Below the pieces are notes generated by a model. It saw only the letters and a list, made by a program, of their open reading frames with translations, was not told where the DNA came from and searched no databases. A DNA stretch of 64,000 nt. It comes from Eledone cirrhosa (taxonomy: Eukaryota). Positions 15,301 through 28,965 of the stretch are shown here, one piece after another; position 1 is the stretch's first letter; each line of letters opens with the position of its first letter. The stretch is from positions 7,068,001 to 7,132,000 of the forward strand of contig OZ024740.1 in NCBI GenBank assembly GCA_964016885.1, in the 5' to 3' direction. Made by a program: the position numbers and the translations under genes.

Positions 15301-18300
15301 ACATTTCACATCTGATCTTGGATTATTTCCCAACTCTGGTTAGGACTACATTTCACATCTGACCTGGGACTATTACCAGCTGTGGTAAGGTTACTTTTCA
15401 CATCTGACAAGGGACTATTACCAGCTCTGGTGCGGCCTACATTTCACATCTGACTCGTGACTATTACCATCTCTGGTGAGGTCTACCATTCACATATGAC
15501 CTGGGAATATTACCAGCTATGGTGAGGCCTACATTTCACATCTGACCTGGGACTATTACCAGTTCTGGTGAAACCTACATTTCACATGTGACCTGGGACT
15601 ATTACCAGCTCTGGTGAGACCTACATTTCACATCTGACCTGGGACTATTACCAGCTAAGGTGAGGACTACATTTCACATCTGACCTGGGAATATTACCAG
15701 CTATGGCGAGGCCTACATTTCACATCTGACCTGGGACTATAACCAGCTCTGGTGAGGTCTATATTTCACATCTGACCTGGGACTATTACCAGCTCTGGTG
15801 AGGCCTACATTTCACATCTGACCTGGAAATATTACCAGCTATGGTGGGGGCTACATTTCACATCTGACCTGGGATTATTACCAGCTATGATGAGGCTTAC
15901 ATTTCACATCTGACCTGGGACTATTACCAGATCTGGTGAGGTCTACATTTCACATCTGACCTGGGACTATTATCAGCTCTGGTGAGGTCTACATTTCACA
16001 TCTGACCTGGGACTATTACTAGCTCTGGTGAGGTCTACATTTCACATCTGACCTTGGACCATTAGCAGCTCTGGTGAGGTCTACATATCACATCGAACCT
16101 GGGACTATTACTAGCTCTGCTGGGGTCTACATTTCATATCTGACCTGGGACAATTACCAGCTTTGGTGAGGCCTACATTTCACATCTGATCTTGGATTAT
16201 TTCCAGCTCTGGTTAGGACTACATTTCACATCTGAGCTGGGACTATTACCAGCTCTGGTGAGGTCTACATTTCACATCTGACCTGGGACTATTACCAGCT
16301 CTGGTGAGGCCCACATTTCACATATGACCTGGGAATATTACCACTTTTGGTGAGGCCTACATTTCACATCTGACCTGGGACTATTACCAGTTCTGGTGAA
16401 ACCTACATTTCACATCTGACCTGGGATTATTACCAGCTATGGTGAGGCCTACATTTCACATCTGACCTGGGACTATTACCAGCTCTGGTGAGGTCTACAT
16501 TTAACATGTGACCTGGGACTATTACCAGCTCTGGTGAGACCTACATTTCACATCTGACCTGGGACTATTACCAGCTAAGGTGAGGACTACATTTCACATC
16601 TGACCTGGGACTATTACCAGCTTTGGTGAGGTCTACATTTCACATCTGATCTGGGACTATTACAAGTTCTGGTTAGGACTACATATCACATCTGACCTTG
16701 GACTATTACTAGCTGTGGTGAGGTCAACATTTCACATCTGACCTGGGACTATTACTATCTATGGTGAGGCCTATATTTCACATCTGACCTGGGACTATTA
16801 CCAGCTGTGGTGAGGTCTACATTTAAAATCTGACCTGGGACTATTACCAGCTCTGGTGAGGCCTACATTTCACATCTGACCTGGGACTATTACCAGCTAT
16901 GGTGAGACCTACATTTCACATCTGACCTGGGAGTATTACCAGCTCTGGTGAGACCTACTTTCACATCTGACCTGGGACTATAACCAGCTCTGGTGAGGCC
17001 TACATTTCACATCTGACCTGGAAATATTACCAGCTATGGTGGGGGCTACATTTCACATCTGACCTGGGACTATTACCAGCTCTGGTGAGGCCTGCATTTC
17101 ACATTTGACCTGGGACTATTACCAGCTATGGTGAGGTCTACATTTTAACATCTGATCTGGGAATATTACCACCTATCGTGAGGCCTACATTTCACATCTG
17201 ACCTGGGACTATTACCAGCTGAGGTGAGGCCTACATTTCACATCTGACCTGGGACAATTACCATCTATGATGAGGCCTACATTTCACATCTGACCTGGGA
17301 CTATTACCAGCTTTGGTGAGGCCTACATTTCACATCTGACCTTGGAATATTACCAGTTATGGTAAGGTCTAGATTTCACATCTGACCTGGGACTATTACT
17401 AGCTGTAGTGAAGTAAATATTTCACATTTGACCTGGGACTATTACCAGCTATGGTGAGACCTACATTTCACATCTAACCTGATACTATTACCAGCTCTGG
17501 TGAGTTCTACATTTCACATCTGACCTGGGACTATTTCCAGCTGTGGTACGGTTTACTTTTCACATCTGACTAGGGACTATTCCCAGCTCTTCTGAGCCTA
17601 CATTTCAAGTCTGACTTGTGACTATTACCATCTCTGGTGAGGTATACATTTTACATCTGACCTGGGACTATTACCAGCTCTGATGAGGTCTACATTTCAC
17701 ATCTGACCTGGGACTATTACCAGCTCTGGTGAGGCCTACATTTCACATCGAACCTGGGACTATTACTAGCTCTGCTGGGGTCTACATTTCATATCTGACC
17801 TGGGACAATTACCAGCTTTGGTGAGGCCTACATTTCACATCTGATCTTGGATTATTTCCAGCTCTGGTTAGGACTACATTTCACATCTGAGCTGGGACTA
17901 TTACCAGCTCTGGTGAGGTCTACATTTCACATCTGACCTGGGACTATTACCAGCTCTGGTGAGGCCCACATTTCACATATGACCTGGGAATATTACCACT
18001 TTTGGTGAGGCCTACATTTCACATCTGACCTGGGACTATTACCAGTTCTGGTGAAACCTACATTTCACATCTGACCTGGGATTATTACCAGCTATGGTGA
18101 GGCCTACATTTCACATCTGACCTGGGACTATTACCAGCTCTGGTGAGGTCTACATTTAACATGTGACCTGGGACTATTACCAGCTCTGGTGAGACCTACA
18201 TTTCACATCTGACCTGGGACTATTACCAGCTAAGGTGAGGACTACATTTCACATCTGACCTGGGACTATTACCAGCTTTGGTGAGGTCTACATTTCACAT

Positions 18301-21300
18301 CTGATCTGGGACTATTACAAGTTCTGGTTAGGACTACATATCACATCTGACCTTGGACTATTACTAGCTGTGGTGAGGTCAACATTTCACATCTGACCTG
18401 GGACTATTACTATCTATGGTGAGGCCTATATTTCACATCTGACCTGGGACTATTACCAGCTGTGGTGAGGTCTACATTTAAAATCTGATCTGGGACTATT
18501 ACCAGCTCTGGTGAGGCCTACATTTCACATCTGACCTGGGACTATTACCAGCTATGGTGAGACCTACATTTCACATCTGACCTGGGAGTATTACCAGCTC
18601 TGGTGAGACCTACTTTCACATCTGACCTGGGACTATTACCAGCTCTGGTGAGGCCTACATTTCACATCTGACCTGGAAATATTACCAGCTATGGTGGGGG
18701 CTACATTTCACATCTGACCTGGGACTATTACCAGCTCTGGTGAGGCCTGCATTTCACATTTGACCTGGGACTATTACCAGCTATGGTGAGGTCTACATTT
18801 TAACATCTGATCTGGGAATATTACCACCTATCGTGAGGCCTACATTTCACATCTGACCTGGGACTATTACCAGCTGAGGTGAGGCCTACATTTCACATCT
18901 GACCTGGGACAATTACCATCTATGATGAGGCCTACATTTCACATCTGACCTGGGACTATTACCAGCTTTGGTGAGGCCTACATTTCACATCTGACCTTGG
19001 AATATTACCAGTTATGGTAAGGTCTAGATTTCACATCTGACCTGGGACTATTACTAGCTGTAGTGAAGTAAATATTTCACATTTGACCTGGGACTATTAC
19101 CAGCTATGGTGAGACCTACATTTCACATCTAACCTGATACTATTACCAGCTCTGGTGAGTTCTACATTTCACATCTGACCTGGGACTATTTCCAGCTGTG
19201 GTACGGTTTACTTTTCACATCTGACTAGGGACTATTCCCAGCTCTTCTGAGCCTACATTTCAAGTCTGACTTGTGACTATTACCATCTCTGGTGAGGTAT
19301 ACATTTTACATCTGACCTGGGACTATTACCAGCTCTGATGAGGTCTACATTTCACATCTGACCTGGGACTATTACCAGCTCTGGTGAGGCCTACATTTCA
19401 CATCTGACCTGGGACTATTACCAGCTCTGGTGAGGTCTACCATTCACATATGACCTGGCAATATTACCAGCTATGGTAAGGTCTAGATTTCACATCTGAC
19501 CTGGGACTATTACAATCTCTGGTGAGGTCTACATTTCACATCTGACCTGGGACTATTACCAGCTCTGGTGAGGCCTACATTTCACATCTAACCTGGAAAT
19601 ATTACCAGCTATGGTGGGGCCTACATTTCACATCTGACCTGGGACTATTACCAGCTATGATGAGGCTTACATTTCACATCTAATCTGGGACTATTACCAG
19701 CTCTGGTGAGGTCTACATTTCACATCTGACCTGGGACTATTATCAGCTCTGGTGAGGTCTACATTTCACATCTGACCTGGGACTATTACCAGCTTTGGTG
19801 AGGCCTACATTTCACATCTGATCTTGGATTATTACCAGCTCTCGTGAGGTCTACATTTCACATCTGACCTGGGACTATTACGATCTATGGTGATGCCTAC
19901 ATTTCACATCAGACCTGGGACTATTACCAGCTCTGGTGAGGTCTACATTTCACATCTGACTTGTGACTATTCCCATCTCTGGTGAGGTCTACATTTCACC
20001 TCTGACCTGGGACTATTACCAGCTATGGTGAGGCCTATATTTCACATCTGAACTTGGAATATTTCCAGCTATGGTAAGGTCTAGATTTCACATCTGACCT
20101 GGGAGTATTACCAGCTCTGGTGAGGTCTACATTTCACATCTGACCTGGGACTATTACCAGCTATGGTGAGGTCTACATTTCACATCTGACCTGGGAATAT
20201 TACCAGTTTTGGTGAGGTCAACATTTCACATCTGACCTGGGACTATTACCAGCTCTGGTGAAGTCTACATTTCACATCTGACCTGGGACTATTACCAGCT
20301 CTGGTGAGGTCTACATTTCACATCTAACCTGGGAATATTACCAGCTCTGGTGAGGTCTACATTTCACATCTGACCTGGGACTATTACCAGGTCTGGTGAG
20401 GCCTACATTTCACATCTGATCTTGGATTATTTCCCAACTCTGGTTAGGACTACATTTCACATCTGACCTGGGACTATTACCAGCTGTGGTAAGGTTACTT
20501 TTCACATCTGACAAGGGACTATTACCAGCTCTGGTGCGGCCTACATTTCACATCTGACTCGTGACTATTACCATCTCTGGTGAGGTCTACCATTCACATA
20601 TGACCTGGGAATATTACCAGCTATGGTGAGGCCTACATTTCACATCTGACCTGGGACTATTACCAGTTCTGGTGAAACCTACATTTCACATGTGACCTGG
20701 GACTATTACCAGCTCTGGTGAGACCTACATTTCACATCTGACCTGGGACTATTACCAGCTAAGGTGAGGACTACATTTCACATCTGACCTGGGAATATTA
20801 CCAGCTATGGCGAGGCCTACATTTCACATCTGACCTGGGACTATAACCAGCTCTGGTGAGGTCTATATTTCACATCTGACCTGGGACTATTACCAGCTCT
20901 GGTGAGGCCTACATTTCACATCTGACCTGGAAATATTACCAGCTATGGTGGGGGCTACATTTCACATCTGACCTGGGATTATTACCAGCTATGATGAGGC
21001 TTACATTTCACATCTGACCTGGGACTATTACCAGATCTGGTGAGGTCTACATTTCACATCTGACCTGGGACTATTATCAGCTCTGGTGAGGTCTACATTT
21101 CACATCTGACCTGGGACTATTACTAGCTCTGGTGAGGTCTACATTTCACATCTGACCTTGGACCATTAGCAGCTCTGGTGAGGTCTACATATCACATCGA
21201 ACCTGGGACTATTACTAGCTCTGCTGGGGTCTACATTTCATATCTGACCTGGGACAATTACCAGCTTTGGTGAGGCCTACATTTCACATCTGATCTTGGA

Positions 21301-21700
21301 TTATTTCCAGCTCTGGTTAGGACTACATTTCACATCTGAGCTGGGACTATTACCAGCTCTGGTGAGGTCTACATTTCACATCTGACCTGGGACTATTACC
21401 AGCTCTGGTGAGGCCCACATTTCACATATGACCTGGGAATATTACCACTTTTGGTGAGGCCTACATTTCACATCTGACCTGGGACTATTACCAGTTCTGG
21501 TGAAACCTACATTTCACATCTGACCTGGGATTATTACCAGCTATGGTGAGGCCTACATTTCACATCTGACCTGGGACTATTACCAGCTCTGGTGAGGTCT
21601 ACATTTAACATGTGACCTGGGACTATTACCAGCTCTGGTGAGACCTACATTTCACATCTGACCTGGGACTATTACCAGCTAAGGTGAGGACTACATTTCA
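6390..21700. repeat. Higher-order repeat, ~3.2-3.5 kb unit (about 70-77 monomers), about 4 copies
   Basis: The diagnostic variant TCTGATCTGGGACTATTACAAGTTCTGG is at 6435, 9701, 13196 and 16645 (spacings 3266, 3495, 3449). TCTGAGCC of the TTCCCAGCTCTTCTGAGCC variant is at 7381, 10601, 14142 and 17591. The order of intervening variants is conserved between copies. Confidence 0.9.
16089..19398. repeat. Tandem duplication of 1,655 bp (36 monomers) nested in the HOR
   Basis: Three markers share the same offset of 1655: CACATCGAACC at 16089/17744, TCTGATCTGG..ACAAGTT at 16645/18300, and TCTGAGCC at 17591/19246. Confidence 0.9.
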
Positions 21701-24700
21701 CATCTGACCTGGGACTATTACCAGCTATGGCGAGGCCTACATTTCACATCTAACCTGGGACTATAACCAGCTCTGGTGAGGTCTATATTTCACATCTGAC
21801 TTGGGACTATTACCAGCTATGGTGAGGTCTACATTTGACATCTGACCTGGGACTATTACCAGCGACGGTGAGGCTTACATTTCACATCTGACCTGGGACT
21901 ATTACCAGCTATGGCGAGGCCTACATTTCACATCTAACCTGGGACTATAACCAGCTATGGTGAGGCCTACATTTCACATCTGACCTGGGACTATTACCAG
22001 CTCTGGTGAGGTCTACATTTAACATGTGACCTGGGACTATTACCAGCTCTGGTGAGACCTACATTTCACATCTGACCTGGGACTATTACCAGCTAAGGTG
22101 AGGACTACATTTGACATCTGACCTGGGACTATTACCAGCTATGGCGAGGCCTACATTTCACATCTAACCTGGGACTATAACCAGCTCTGGTGAGGTCTAT
22201 ATTTCACATCTGACTTGGGACTATTACCAGCTATGGTGAGGTCTACATTTGACATCTGACCTGGGACTATTACCAGCTCTGGTGAGACCTACATTTCACA
22301 TCTGACCTGGGACTATTACCAGCTAAGGTGAGGACTACATTTCACATCTGACCTGGGACTATTACCAGCTATGGCGAGGCCTACATTTCACATCTAACCT
22401 GGGACTATAACCAGCTATGGTGAGGCCTACATTTCACATCTGACCTGGGACTATTACCAGCTCTGGTGAGGCCTACATCTCACATCTGAGCTTGGAATAT
22501 TACCAGCTATGGTAAGGTCTAGATTTCACATCTGACCTGGGACTATTACCAGCTCTGGTGAGGTCTACATTTCACATCTGACCTGGGACTATTTCCAGCA
22601 AAGGTGGGGTCTACATTTCATATCTGACCTGGGACTATTTCCAGCTATGGTGAGGCCTACATTTCACATCTGACCTGGGACTATTACCAGCTATGGTGAG
22701 ACCTACATTTCACATCTGACCTGGGACTATTACCAGCTCTGGTGAGACCTATTTTCACATCTGACCTGGGACTATTACCAGATGTGGTGAGGCCTACATT
22801 TCACATCTGACCTGGAAATATTACCAGCTATGGTGGGGGCTACATTTCACATCTGACCTGGGACTATTATCAGCTCTGGTGAGGTCTACATTTCACATCT
22901 GACCTGGGACTATTACTAGCTCTGGTGAGGTCTACATTTCACATCTGACCTTGGACCATTAGCAGCTCTGGTGAGGTCTACATTTCACATCTGACCTGGG
23001 AATATTACCAGTTTTGGTGAGGTCAACATTTCACATCTGACCTTGGAATATTACCAGCTATGGTAAGGTCTAGATTTCACATCTGACCTGGGACTATTAC
23101 TAGCTGTGGTGAGGTATACACTTTACATCAGACCTGGGACTATTACCAGCTCTCGTGAGGTCTACATTTCACATCTGACCTGGGACTATTACGATCTATG
23201 GTGATGCCTACATTTCACATCTGACCTGGGACTATTACCAGCTCTGGTGAGGTCTACATTTCACATCTGACCTGGGACTATTATCAGCTCTGGTGAGGTC
23301 TACATTTCACATCTAACCTGGGACTATTACTAGCTCTGGTGAGGTCTACATTTCACATCTGACCTTGGACAAGTTGCAGCTCTGGTGAGGTCTACATATC
23401 ACATCTAACCTGGGACTATTACCAGCTCTGCTGGGGTCTACAATTCATATCTGACCTGGGACTATTACCAGCTTTGGTGAGGCCTACATTTCACATCTGA
23501 TCTTGGATTATTTCCAGCTCTGGTTAGGACTACATTTCACATCTGACCTTGGACTATTACTAGCTGTGGTGAGGTCTTCATTTCACATCTGACCTGGGAC
23601 TATTACCATCTGTGGTAAGGTTACTTTTCACATCTGACAAGGGACTATTACCAGCTCTGGTGAGGTCTACATTTCATATCTGACCTGGGTCTATTCCCAG
23701 CTGTGGTGAGGCCTACATTTCACATCTGGTGTGGGACTATTACCAGCTCTGGTTAGGACTACATTTCGCATCTGAACTGGGACTATTACTAGCTGTGGTA
23801 AGGTTTATTTTCACATCTGACCTGGGACTATTACCAGATCTGGTGATATCTAGATTTCACATCTGACCTGGGACTATTACCAGCTCTGGTGAGGTCTACA
23901 TTTCACATCTGACTCGTGACTATTCCCATCTCTGGTGAGGTCTACATTTCACATCTGACCTGGGAGTATTACCAGCTATGGTGAGGCCTGCATTTCACAT
24001 CTGACCTGCGACTATTACCAGCTATGGTGAGGTCTACATTTCTCATCTGACCTGGGACCATTACCAGATTTTGTGAGGCCTACATTTCACATCTGACCTG
24101 GGACTATTACTAGCTATGGTGAGGTCTACATTTCACATCTAACCTGATACTATTACCAGCTCTGGTGAGTTCTACATTTCACATCTGACCTGGGACTATT
24201 TCCAGCTGTGGTACGGTTTACTTTTCACATCTGACTAGGGACTATTCCCAGCTCTTCTGAGCCTACATTTCAAGTCTGACTTGTGACTATTACCATCTCT
24301 GGTGAGGTATACATTTTACATCTGACCTGGGACTATTACCAGCTCTGATGAGGTCTACATTTCACATCTGACCTGGGACTATTACCAGCTCTGGTGAGGC
24401 CTACATTTCACATCTGACCTGGGACTATTACCAGCTCTGGTGAGGTCTACCATTCACATATGACCTGGCAATATTACCAGCTATGGTAAGGTCTAGATTT
24501 CACATCTGACCTGGGACTATTACAATCTCTGGTGAGGTCTACATTTCACATCTGACCTGGGACTATTACCAGCTCTGGTGAGGCCTACATTTCACATCTA
24601 ACCTGGAAATATTACCAGCTATGGTGGGGCCTACATTTCACATCTGACCTGGGACTATTACCAGCTATGATGAGGCTTACATTTCACATCTAATCTGGGA

Positions 24701-27700
24701 CTATTACCAGCTCTGGTGAGGTCTACATTTCACATCTGACTTGTGACTATTCCCATCTCTGGTGAGGTCTACATTTCACCTCTGACCTGGGACTATTACC
24801 AGCTATGGTGAGGCCTATATTTCACATCTGAACTTGGAATATTTCCAGCTATGGTAAGGTCTAGATTTCACATCTGACCTGGGAGTATTACCAGCTCTGG
24901 TGAGGTCTACATTTCACATCTGACCTGGGACTATTACCAGCTATGGTGAGGTCTACATTTCACATCTGACCTGGGAATATTACCAGTTTTGGTGAGGTCA
25001 ACATTTCACATCTGACCTGGGACTATTACCAGCTCTGGTGAAGTCTACATTTCACATCTGACCTGGGACTATTACCAGCTCTGGTGAGGTCTACATTTCA
25101 CATCTAACCTGGGAATATTACCAGCTCTGGTGAGGTCTACATTTCACATCTGACCTGGGACTATTACCAGGTCTGGTGAGGCCTACATTTCACATCTGAT
25201 CTTGGATTATTTCCCAACTCTGGTTAGGACTACATTTCACATCTGACCTGGGACTATTACCAGCTGTGGTAAGGTTACTTTTCACATCTGACAAGGGACT
25301 ATTACCAGCTCTGGTGCGGCCTACATTTCACATCTGACTCGTGACTATTACCATCTCTGGTGAGGTCTACCATTCACATATGACCTGGGAATATTACCAG
25401 CTATGGTGAGGCCTACATTTCACATCTGACCTGGGACTATTACCAGTTCTGGTGAAACCTACATTTCACATGTGACCTGGGACTATTACCAGCTCTGGTG
25501 AGACCTACATTTCACATCTGACCTGGGACTATTACCAGCTAAGGTGAGGACTACATTTCACATCTGACCTGGGAATATTACCAGCTATGGCGAGGCCTAC
25601 ATTTCACATCTGACCTGGGACTATAACCAGCTCTGGTGAGGTCTATATTTCACATCTGACCTGGGACTATTACCAGCTCTGGTGAGGCCTACATTTCACA
25701 TCTGACCTGGAAATATTACCAGCTATGGTGGGGGCTACATTTCACATCTGACCTGGGATTATTACCAGCTATGATGAGGCTTACATTTCACATCTGACCT
25801 GGGACTATTACCAGATCTGGTGAGGTCTACATTTCACATCTGACCTGGGACTATTATCAGCTCTGGTGAGGTCTACATTTCACATCTGACCTGGGACTAT
25901 TACTAGCTCTGGTGAGGTCTACATTTCACATCTGACCTTGGACCATTAGCAGCTCTGGTGAGGTCTACATATCACATCGAACCTGGGACTATTACTAGCT
26001 CTGCTGGGGTCTACATTTCATATCTGACCTGGGACAATTACCAGCTTTGGTGAGGCCTACATTTCACATCTGATCTTGGATTATTTCCAGCTCTGGTTAG
26101 GACTACATTTCACATCTGAGCTGGGACTATTACCAGCTCTGGTGAGGTCTACATTTCACATCTGACCTGGGACTATTACCAGCTCTGGTGAGGCCCACAT
26201 TTCACATATGACCTGGGAATATTACCACTTTTGGTGAGGCCTACATTTCACATCTGACCTGGGACTATTACCAGTTCTGGTGAAACCTACATTTCACATC
26301 TGACCTGGGATTATTACCAGCTATGGTGAGGCCTACATTTCACATCTGACCTGGGACTATTACCAGCTCTGGTGAGGTCTACATTTAACATGTGACCTGG
26401 GACTATTACCAGCTCTGGTGAGACCTACATTTCACATCTGACCTGGGACTATTACCAGCTAAGGTGAGGACTACATTTCACATCTGACCTGGGACTATTA
26501 CCAGCTATGGCGAGGCCTACATTTCACATCTAACCTGGGACTATAACCAGCTCTGGTGAGGTCTATATTTCACATCTGACTTGGGACTATTACCAGCTAT
26601 GGTGAGGTCTACATTTGACATCTGACCTGGGACTATTACCAGCGACGGTGAGGCTTACATTTCACATCTGACCTGGGACTATTATCAGCTAAGGTGAGGA
26701 CTACATTTCACATCTGACCTGGGACTATTACCAGCTATGGCGAGGCCTACATTTCACATCTAACCTGGGACTATAACCAGCTATGGTGAGGCCTACATTT
26801 CACATCTGACCTGGGACTATTACCAGCTCTGGTGAGGTCTACATTTAACATGTGACCTGGGACTATTACCAGCTCTGGTGAGACCTACATTTCACATCTG
26901 ACCTGGGACTATTACCAGCTAAGGTGAGGACTACATTTGACATCTGACCTGGGACTATTACCAGCTATGGCGAGGCCTACATTTCACATCTAACCTGGGA
27001 CTATAACCAGCTCTGGTGAGGTCTATATTTCACATCTGACTTGGGACTATTACCAGCTATGGTGAGGTCTACATTTGACATCTGACCTGGGACTATTACC
27101 AGCTCTGGTGAGACCTACATTTCACATCTGACCTGGGACTATTACCAGCTAAGGTGAGGACTACATTTCACATCTGACCTGGGACTATTACCAGCTATGG
27201 CGAGGCCTACATTTCACATCTAACCTGGGACTATAACCAGCTATGGTGAGGCCTACATTTCACATCTGACCTGGGACTATTACCAGCTCTGGTGAGGCCT
27301 ACATCTCACATCTGAGCTTGGAATATTACCAGCTATGGTAAGGTCTAGATTTCACATCTGACCTGGGACTATTACCAGCTCTGGTGAGGTCTACATTTCA
27401 CATCTGACCTGGGACTATTTCCAGCAAAGGTGGGGTCTACATTTCATATCTGACCTGGGACTATTTCCAGCTATGGTGAGGCCTACATTTCACATCTGAC
27501 CTGGGACTATTACCAGCTATGGTGAGACCTACATTTCACATCTGACCTGGGACTATTACCAGCTCTGGTGAGACCTATTTTCACATCTGACCTGGGACTA
27601 TTACCAGATGTGGTGAGGCCTACATTTCACATCTGACCTGGAAATATTACCAGCTATGGTGGGGGCTACATTTCACATCTGACCTGGGACTATTATCAGC

Positions 27701-28965
27701 TCTGGTGAGGTCTACATTTCACATCTGACCTGGGACTATTACTAGCTCTGGTGAGGTCTACATTTCACATCTGACCTTGGACCATTAGCAGCTCTGGTGA
27801 GGTCTACATTTCACATCTGACCTGGGAATATTACCAGTTTTGGTGAGGTCAACATTTCACATCTGACCTTGGAATATTACCAGCTATGGTAAGGTCTAGA
27901 TTTCACATCTGACCTGGGACTATTACTAGCTGTGGTGAGGTATACACTTTACATCAGACCTGGGACTATTACCAGCTCTCGTGAGGTCTACATTTCACAT
28001 CTGACCTGGGACTATTACGATCTATGGTGATGCCTACATTTCACATCTGACCTGGGACTATTACCAGCTCTGGTGAGGTCTACATTTCACATCTGACCTG
28101 GGACTATTATCAGCTCTGGTGAGGTCTACATTTCACATCTAACCTGGGACTATTACTAGCTCTGGTGAGGTCTACATTTCACATCTGACCTTGGACAAGT
28201 TGCAGCTCTGGTGAGGTCTACATATCACATCTAACCTGGGACTATTACCAGCTCTGCTGGGGTCTACAATTCATATCTGACCTGGGACTATTACCAGCTT
28301 TGGTGAGGCCTACATTTCACATCTGATCTTGGATTATTTCCAGCTCTGGTTAGGACTACATTTCACATCTGACCTTGGACTATTACTAGCTGTGGTGAGG
28401 TCTTCATTTCACATCTGACCTGGGACTATTACCATCTGTGGTAAGGTTACTTTTCACATCTGACAAGGGACTATTACCAGCTCTGGTGAGGTCTACATTT
28501 CATATCTGACCTGGGTCTATTCCCAGCTGTGGTGAGGCCTACATTTCACATCTGGTGTGGGACTATTACCAGCTCTGGTTAGGACTACATTTCGCATCTG
28601 AACTGGGACTATTACTAGCTGTGGTAAGGTTTATTTTCACATCTGACCTGGGACTATTACCAGATCTGGTGATATCTAGATTTCACATCTGACCTGGGAC
28701 TATTACCAGCTCTGGTGAGGTCTACATTTCACATCTGACTCGTGACTATTCCCATCTCTGGTGAGGTCTACATTTCACATCTGACCTGGGAGTATTACCA
28801 GCTATGGTGAGGCCTGCATTTCACATCTGACCTGCGACTATTACCAGCTATGGTGAGGTCTACATTTCTCATCTGACCTGGGACCATTACCAGATTTTGT
28901 GAGGCCTACATTTCACATCTGACCTGGGACTATTACTAGCTATGGTGAGGTCTACATTTCACATC
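19120..28965. repeat. Tandem duplication of ~4.8-5.0 kb (copies ~19120-24130 and ~24130-28965)
   Basis: Shared rare variants: AACCTGATAC at 19131/24141 (offset 5010), AGCGACGGTG at 21861/26641 (4780), CCAGCAAAGG at 22595/27421 (4826) and TTACCAGATTTTGTG at 24061/28887 (4826). Offsets change only by whole monomers (-230, +46). Confidence 0.88.
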
